A stretch of 64,000 nucleotides of DNA from the IMG/VR virus record IMGVR_UViG_3300022602_000031, positions 32,001 to 96,000 of that record. The stretch is one strand, 5' to 3'. How positions within the stretch are numbered: position 1 is the first letter of the stretch; each line of letters begins with the position of its first letter. Shown one piece after another: positions 58,079 through 64,000 of the stretch. The stretch is from a virus. Position numbers and translations under genes: made by a program. The notes under the pieces are model-generated. The model was not told the origin of the DNA and made no database searches. It was given only the letters and a program-made list of their open reading frames with translations.

Positions 58079-61000
58079 ATGAGCCAGTCTAAATTTAGTA
58101 GAGCAGTTTCGGGTCGCGTACCAGTAGTAAGCCCGACCCAAGTATCAAGTTCAAGATATCAGTTCTTGAGCTTGGACCAGGCAGAACCTAACTTAGGTTA
58201 TGGTTCTAATAATGCCATCTTATCTACAAATATATCAGGTAGTCGTGTTTGGACAACAGGGCCAACTTTAAGCAACGTATACTTAACCAGTAATGCTAAC
58301 ATAGGTGGTATTACTGTAAACTCAACAGGTATTTTTTGGCCTAACGGCGCACAGTACGGATCTGGTACAGTTTATTCTAACGCAAACGTACAACTATTAT
58401 TAAGTGCCTATACTGGTAACCTAATTACCACAGGTAACATCATTACTATCGGTAGCATCACAGCCGACGTTATAACAGCCAACACACAATATTTTACCGG
58501 CGGTAAAGTAGTAACTACCAATGGCGTGTATTGGGCCAATGGATCTCCATACTACGGCGATGCTAACGTATCGACTTATATACAAAACTTCTCAGGTAAC
58601 CTAGGCGGATATGTAGCAGGCAATCAGCCCTACATTACAGGATTACCGGGGGTAAATACCATCACTGTTCAAAATGGTGTTACCTTAGGTTCGCAAGGTA
58701 TTTACTGGGCAAACGGTAGTCCTTACGGTTCGGGTACAGCATATTCAAACGCTAACGTAAGTAGTTTATTAACAGTCTACGGTGGTGTAATTCGTGGTAA
58801 CATTCTTTATTCTAATAACGTAATTGCTGGTAATTTAACCAGCAATACAAACATTTTAGCGCAAGGCCAAATTACTACCACCAATGGTATATATTGGGCC
58901 AATGGTGTAAGCTATACTGCTGGATTAACATCGTATAGTAATGCCAACGTTGGCGGATATCTATCTCAGTACTCAGGAAATCTTGGCGGCACCATTAGTA
59001 CAGCAAGCCAACCATACATTACCAGTGTCGGTACATTAAACGGTTTAACTGTAACAAATGGTATATCAGTAACTGGCTCAAGCAGTTTTGGTGGCCCAAC
59101 TACATTAAACGGAACTACAACCGTTAACGGTAACTTGGTAGTTGCGGCACAAGGCGAATACACAAACGACTTATACGTTGGCGGTAACTTGTATGTTTCT
59201 GGACAAACAACTACAATCAACGCCAATGCGATTACAACCAATGATTTATATCTTACACTAGCCAATAATGCAGTTAGTAAAACTGCGGCCAACGGCGCTG
59301 GTATATATTTAAACAGCGTTGCTGGCGGCTCAAACTACGGCTACTTCCGTTATGACAATAACGCCATGGGCGGTAGCGGATCGTGGGATACCAATCTTGG
59401 TCTTCAACCATATTGGACAGGTAACTTAAACCTAGGCGGCCCAGCAAACTACTGGGGCAACGTTTACGCCACAGGTATTGTTACAGGTTCTATCAACACC
59501 TTTGCCAGCCAAGCGTATTTTAATACATTCTTTGCTACAAGTATCAATGCTGGTACTGTTAATGCTACACTCATTGGTAACATCGGAACTACACTTATTG
59601 GTAGTCTAGGTACAGCTAGCCAAACAACAATTACCAGCGTTGGTACATTAACTGGACTACAGGTAGCCGGTTGGGGTAACATTGGCCTAGGTATCTTTAC
59701 ATCAAACATCAGTGCTGGTACAATTGGTAACGTTGGAGCAGTATTTAACGGTAGTCAGATTAACGTTGGTAGTGCTTATATTCCTACCCTAAACACTACC
59801 TATGCTAACATTACAACAGCTAACTTAGGCGCATTAACTGGTGCGCTAAACGTACAAGGTGTTGCTTCATTCTACAGTAATATTTTAGCCGCAAGTGGTG
59901 TAGCAAGTACAAGTACAGGTACTGGTGCTATCACTGTTTCTGGCTCAGGTGGTGTTGGTGTTGGTGGTAACGTTACAGCTGGCGGACTAGTTGGTCCGCT
60001 ATACGGCACAGTAATGACAGCCAGTCAGCCAAACATTACTACAGTCGGTACACTTACAAACTTAATAGTTGCTGGTAACTTAACAGTACAAGGCGCAAGC
60101 ACAATAATTGGATCCACAGACTTAACTGTCAACGACTCAATTATCAACTTACATACTGCCGCTAACCTGGCACCGTTGACAACAAACGACGGTCGCGACA
60201 TTGGATTTAAATTACACTACTACGATAGTGTATTATCCACTGGTGATAATTTAGCCTTCTTGGGTCGTGCCAATGATTCAGGATTCTTGGAATTTTACAA
60301 CACTGGTTATGAAGGTGTTGCCAACGTATTCATTGGTAATACCTATGGCACAATTAAAACTGGTGAATTCTATGCGGCAAACTCTACAGCCGCAACAAGT
60401 TCAAGTACAGGTGCACTACGTGTAGCTGGTGGCGCAGGTATTGGTGGACAAGTTTATTCAGCCGGTATCAATAGTACAACTGGTAATTTGGTAACAGCAT
60501 ACTTAGGTACTGTTTACGCTGGTACTATTAATGGCGCCACAATTGGTAACACAGGCGCCGCGATTCAAGGTGCTACAGTTAACTCTACTGGTGCTGTTAC
60601 AGCCGGTAACATTATTACTACAAACGGTATTTTCTGGCCCAATGGTGTTAGCTATGGTCAAGGTACGTTTACATCATTTAGTACGGCCAACATTGACCAA
60701 TACTTACCGGGGTACCAAGGCAATGTCAGCTCTGGTAACCTAACAACAAATGGTCAGTTATTTGTACGTGGTAATGCTATTATTCAAGGCAACTTAATTG
60801 TAGCCAACGTTACATACCTAACACAAGAAATAGTTACCACATCAGAAAGCATAACTGGTGCGCTATCAGCAACTGGTAACATATCAACTACTTCTAATTT
60901 AAACGTATCTGGTACTACCTATGTTAATGGTATTTTACCAAATGCCAACGTATCATACAACCTTGGTAGTGCAAACTACTCTTTTGCTAACATTTATGTT

Positions 61001-61378
61001 GGTAATATTATTACACCAAGCGGAACACTAGGTGCTGGCGGTAATATTAATGCCGCAACAGTAACAGCTACTACTGGCGTATATGCTCCGGGCTTTTTCT
61101 GGAGTACCAACGGTGCTAGTATTTTAAGCAGTATTGTGGTTAGTGGCGGGGGTGGAGGCGGTAGTGGCACAGCAATAGCTGGTGCGTATTTCTCAGGATA
61201 TACCAACTTCTCGGGTAGCCCAATTAACGATTTTGGCGCTAGCGAGAGTTATGTAAACTCTGGCGGTAGCCCTTACAGTGACCCATTTGGGCAAACTCTA
61301 AGCACATATACAGTAGATTTCAATGAATTAGAAACTACCTTACAGACTTTAGATTTAGGTAGCAACTCATTTGTTTAA
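58079..61378 (+). CDS. Tail fibre protein
   Basis: 1099 aa; RYQFLSLDQAEPNLG N-terminus; WANG repeats; module shared with 46257-49985. Confidence 0.68.
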   Translation: MSQSKFSRAVSGRVPVVSPTQVSSSRYQFLSLDQAEPNLGYGSNNAILSTNISGSRVWTTGPTLSNVYLTSNANIGGITVNSTGIFWPNGAQYGSGTVYSNANVQLLLSAYTGNLITTGNIITIGSITADVITANTQYFTGGKVVTTNGVYWANGSPYYGDANVSTYIQNFSGNLGGYVAGNQPYITGLPGVNTITVQNGVTLGSQGIYWANGSPYGSGTAYSNANVSSLLTVYGGVIRGNILYSNNVIAGNLTSNTNILAQGQITTTNGIYWANGVSYTAGLTSYSNANVGGYLSQYSGNLGGTISTASQPYITSVGTLNGLTVTNGISVTGSSSFGGPTTLNGTTTVNGNLVVAAQGEYTNDLYVGGNLYVSGQTTTINANAITTNDLYLTLANNAVSKTAANGAGIYLNSVAGGSNYGYFRYDNNAMGGSGSWDTNLGLQPYWTGNLNLGGPANYWGNVYATGIVTGSINTFASQAYFNTFFATSINAGTVNATLIGNIGTTLIGSLGTASQTTITSVGTLTGLQVAGWGNIGLGIFTSNISAGTIGNVGAVFNGSQINVGSAYIPTLNTTYANITTANLGALTGALNVQGVASFYSNILAASGVASTSTGTGAITVSGSGGVGVGGNVTAGGLVGPLYGTVMTASQPNITTVGTLTNLIVAGNLTVQGASTIIGSTDLTVNDSIINLHTAANLAPLTTNDGRDIGFKLHYYDSVLSTGDNLAFLGRANDSGFLEFYNTGYEGVANVFIGNTYGTIKTGEFYAANSTAATSSSTGALRVAGGAGIGGQVYSAGINSTTGNLVTAYLGTVYAGTINGATIGNTGAAIQGATVNSTGAVTAGNIITTNGIFWPNGVSYGQGTFTSFSTANIDQYLPGYQGNVSSGNLTTNGQLFVRGNAIIQGNLIVANVTYLTQEIVTTSESITGALSATGNISTTSNLNVSGTTYVNGILPNANVSYNLGSANYSFANIYVGNIITPSGTLGAGGNINAATVTATTGVYAPGFFWSTNGASILSSIVVSGGGGGGSGTAIAGAYFSGYTNFSGSPINDFGASESYVNSGGSPYSDPFGQTLSTYTVDFNELETTLQTLDLGSNSFV

Positions 61379-61411
61379 CGGATAAATAAGATATAGAGGA
61401 CGATATAAAAA

Positions 61412-62305
61412 ATGCCAACACAAGTACAGTTTAGACGAGGAACTAATGCCCAAAACCAAGCGTTTACGGGAGCCGTCGGTGAAATCACCGTTGATACCAC
61501 ACTTGGCACTCTACACGTACATGATGGTGTTACAGCCGGTGGTAATACTCTAGTAAGAGCAAACGGTGTTATTTACGGTTCCACAATTTATCAAAATAAC
61601 GTTCGCGTATTTAAGAATTCAACAGCATCTTCTGCTCCAAGCAGTCCAGTAGCAGGTGATGAGTGGTATGACAGCAGTTCAGATATACTATACAAATATG
61701 TATATGACGGTACTAACTATCAATGGGTTGATACCAGTCAAACTGTAAACTATCAAACTTTAGCTGTTACAGGTAATGCTACAGTTGGTGGCTACCTAAC
61801 AGCACAAAACTTTATCCTAACCGGTAACCTAACACCACAGTCTAATATTAGTTCTAATATTGGTAGTACAAGTACCTGGTATAGCAACGTATATGCTGTA
61901 AGATTTAACGGCATCAGCGTACAGGCACAATATGCCGACCTAGCAGAAAACTATATAGCAGATGAAGCGTATGCTCCTGGTACTGTAGTTGTGTTTGGCG
62001 GTGAAAAAGAAATTACAACAAGTGCTATCAGCCACGATGTACGTGCCGCTGGTGTTATCAGTACTGATCCAGCTTACTTAATGAACGACGGAGTTGACGG
62101 ATTACCAGTTGCTTTAACTGGTCGTGTTCCTTGTTTAGTAAAAGGCCCAGTAGACAAAGGCGATCGACTGGTAAACGTGGCTCCGGGCGTAGCCGGACGT
62201 TTAGAAAAAGAAAAATATGAGCCAGGTTGTATCATTGGCAAGAGCTTGAATGCTATTGAAGATGATAGCGTTAAATTAATTGAAATAGCAGTAGGAAGAT
62301 ACTAA
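61412..62305 (+). CDS. Fibre protein with Mtd_N-like N-terminus and C-terminal peptidase G2 (IMC) chaperone domain
   Basis: VQFRRGT...HDGVTAGG; AQYADLAENY...PGTVVVFGG...GVISTDPAYLMN...VALTGRVP. Confidence 0.7.
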   Translation: MPTQVQFRRGTNAQNQAFTGAVGEITVDTTLGTLHVHDGVTAGGNTLVRANGVIYGSTIYQNNVRVFKNSTASSAPSSPVAGDEWYDSSSDILYKYVYDGTNYQWVDTSQTVNYQTLAVTGNATVGGYLTAQNFILTGNLTPQSNISSNIGSTSTWYSNVYAVRFNGISVQAQYADLAENYIADEAYAPGTVVVFGGEKEITTSAISHDVRAAGVISTDPAYLMNDGVDGLPVALTGRVPCLVKGPVDKGDRLVNVAPGVAGRLEKEKYEPGCIIGKSLNAIEDDSVKLIEIAVGRY

Positions 62306-62306
62306 T

Positions 62307-63008
62307 ATGGCATTTCCATCATCACCATCATCAAACCAACAGGCTACCGTTAACGGTGTAGTATACACCTATAACAGTAGTAAAACAGCCTGGCAACGTA
62401 CAACAAGTAGTAGCACAAACTTAACTGTGGCTTCTATTGCGGTAACCAGTGCTATCACAAGTCCAAACTTATACATTAGTGGACCAACTACTATTACTGG
62501 TACAGTTACATTGACCAGTACACAACCACTATTGCCAGCATCCAATGCCGCAGTTGACATTGGTAGTAGTACACAATGGTTCCGTACATTTTACGGTAAG
62601 TCAACACAGGCACAATACGCTGACTTGGCAGAGAACTATTTAGGTGACCGCGACGACTATATGCCAGGTACTGTTATGATATTTGGTGGCTCAGCAGAAG
62701 TTACTGCTGTACAAAAAGAATACGATACTCGTGTAGCAGGAGTTGTTTCTGACAATCCAGCTTACTTGATGAATGTGGCAGATGTAGGCAATCGCTTTAT
62801 GGTTCCTATTGCCTTAACTGGACGAGTTCCGACTAAAGTCCAAGGCCCAGTTGAAATTGGTGATGTTCTAGTTACTAGTAGCCAATACGGTATCGCACAA
62901 AAAATTGATAATGCTAAATTTGTTCCTGGATGTATTTTAGGTAAAGCACTAGGAAAAATTGAAGATAATTCTGTGGGAACTATCGAAGTCGTTATTGGTC
63001 GTTTCTAA
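62307..63008 (+). CDS. Short fibre protein with C-terminal peptidase G2 (IMC) chaperone domain
   Basis: MAFPSSP N-terminus; AQYADLAENY...GVVSDNPAYLMN...IALTGRVP...GDVLVTS. Confidence 0.7.
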   Translation: MAFPSSPSSNQQATVNGVVYTYNSSKTAWQRTTSSSTNLTVASIAVTSAITSPNLYISGPTTITGTVTLTSTQPLLPASNAAVDIGSSTQWFRTFYGKSTQAQYADLAENYLGDRDDYMPGTVMIFGGSAEVTAVQKEYDTRVAGVVSDNPAYLMNVADVGNRFMVPIALTGRVPTKVQGPVEIGDVLVTSSQYGIAQKIDNAKFVPGCILGKALGKIEDNSVGTIEVVIGRF

Positions 63009-63021
63009 ATGAGGGCTAACC

Positions 63022-64000
63022 GTGGCAACTAATATTATCGGTAGCGGAGCAGAAACAGCCCAATTATATCTAAGCGAGGCAGCCTACCCAGTAGGTACCC
63101 TAGTCAAACCTAGCGGCAATAATCCATACGAAGTTACATTGTGTGTAACACCTTATTGTACTCAACCAATTGGCGTTGTTAGTACTAACCCTGGTATATT
63201 ATCAAACGCTGATGCTGATTTAACAGTCAGACAAGGCGGCGCATATATTCCAGTTACTACGCACGGTAGAACCATTGCTTTAGTACAAGGGCCAGCGTTT
63301 GCTGGTGATAAGTTAGTAGCAGGTAACATTCCTGGCACACTAATGAGCTTGGAACAAAATCCTCCAACTACAGTTAGTGGTATGGGTATTGCCCCAACAG
63401 TATTGGCAATCTGTTTAGATACAAACCAAACCAAAAGTCCACAACCATTGAAAGTTGTAGTAAAAGGTGGCACCCCTAACCCCACCGGCAATCTAATTGT
63501 TAATAATATTACTAATATTGGAACCAGTACTGTAGGTAGTTTAGTAACTACTAATGGTGTTAACTGGGCCAATGGTATTCCGTACTCGCCTGGTACCATT
63601 ACCACTACACAATTTTTTAACGGTAGTACAACACAACTTTCATCAATGTTTACCAACATTGGCGAAGTAGCTACTGTGTCTAATGCGTCGGTAAGTGGCA
63701 CAATTCCTTTTTATGTAACTAGTCAAAGCGTACTATATTATCAAGGTACTGCTACCTCTAACTTTACAATTAATGTATTAGGGTCAAATGTAAACGTATA
63801 TTCATCAACTCCAACAGTCCAGGCACAGGGTACTGTTAATGCCTATACAATGACTATTAATGAAGTTGGTACTGGATCATTTACTTCAGGTATGAAAGTT
63901 GGATCTGCAGGTTATACTATCAATGGTGCTACTTATCCTCCACTATTTGCTAACACAGTAATACAAACAGGTTCAGGCACAACTGGTACATACACACTAA
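63022..64000 (+). CDS. Fibre protein with N-terminal degenerate G2/IMC-like domain (partial, runs off window)
   Basis: Not in ORF track. GTG at 63022 opens MATNIIGSGAETAQLYLSEAAYPVGTLV...GVVSTNPG...VTTHGRT...GDKLVAGNIPG; frame is open in the parts read and in the last line. Confidence 0.75.
   Translation, partial: MATNIIGSGAETAQLYLSEAAYPVGTLVKPSGNNPYEVTLCVTPYCTQPIGVVSTNPGILSNADADLTVRQGGAYIPVTTHGRTIALVQGPAFAGDKLVAGNIPGTLMSLEQNPPTTVSGMGIAPTVLAICLDTNQTKSPQPLKVVVKGGTPNPTGNLIVNNITNIGTSTVGSLVTTNGVNWANGIPYSPGTITTTQFFNGSTTQLSSMFTNIGEVATVSNASVSGTIPFYVTSQSVLYYQGTATSNFTINVLGSNVNVYSSTPTVQAQGTVNAYTMTINEVGTGSFTSGMKVGSAGYTINGATYPPLFANTVIQTGSGTTGTYTL

Noticed and set aside
43063-62305. Diversity-generating retroelement suggested by Mtd_N domains and repeats
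   Set aside because: No reverse transcriptase in the window; the repeat pairs compared differ at non-adenine or synonymous positions rather than showing A-specific TR/VR variation.
63009-63032. ATG immediately after the 62307 gene as start of the last gene
   Set aside because: That frame stops after 7 codons; the open frame begins at GTG 63022.
2808-63701. Numerous short opposite-strand or off-frame ORFs in the track (e.g. 2808-3203, 5651-5977, 24928-25443, 43212-43598, 47960-48475, 63162-63701)
   Set aside because: All lie within long, motif-bearing genes; they are shadow ORFs produced by codon bias.
1-64000. CRISPR array, tRNA, rRNA, transposase or integrase
   Set aside because: No regularly spaced direct repeats, cloverleaf signatures or such ORFs were seen by eye.
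1-64000. Stop-codon reassignment
   Set aside because: Core genes are full length in the standard code, and TAA, TAG (19879, 30963) and TGA (22546) all terminate genes.

Overview
A 64-kb segment of a large T4-like (Tevenvirinae-distant, myovirus-type) bacteriophage genome in the standard genetic code. Bases 1-16041 (minus strand) hold a baseplate module: a >2255-aa virion protein missing from the ORF track, then gp6-, gp25-, gp5/VgrG-, gp53- and tube-like genes. Bases 16155-23110 (plus) hold a gp55-like late sigma factor, gp47/gp46 (Mre11/Rad50), two radical SAM enzymes and a minimal GIY-YIG nuclease. That nuclease runs into a ~430-nt highly structured non-coding region. Next come a gp26-like hub gene with a probable -1 programmed frameshift extension (minus), a tape-measure-like gene, and the head module (portal, core, protease, scaffold, major capsid). 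An SGNH/glycosyltransferase-like cassette follows, then ~27 kb of tail-fibre/adhesin genes. A relaxed T4-type late promoter motif (ATAAATA) precedes most structural units. The two best candidates for undescribed biology are the GIY-YIG nuclease plus large ornate RNA (22580-23470) and the frameshift-fused gp26 extension (23486-23740). All family assignments come from motif recognition by eye; no searches or folding programs were run.
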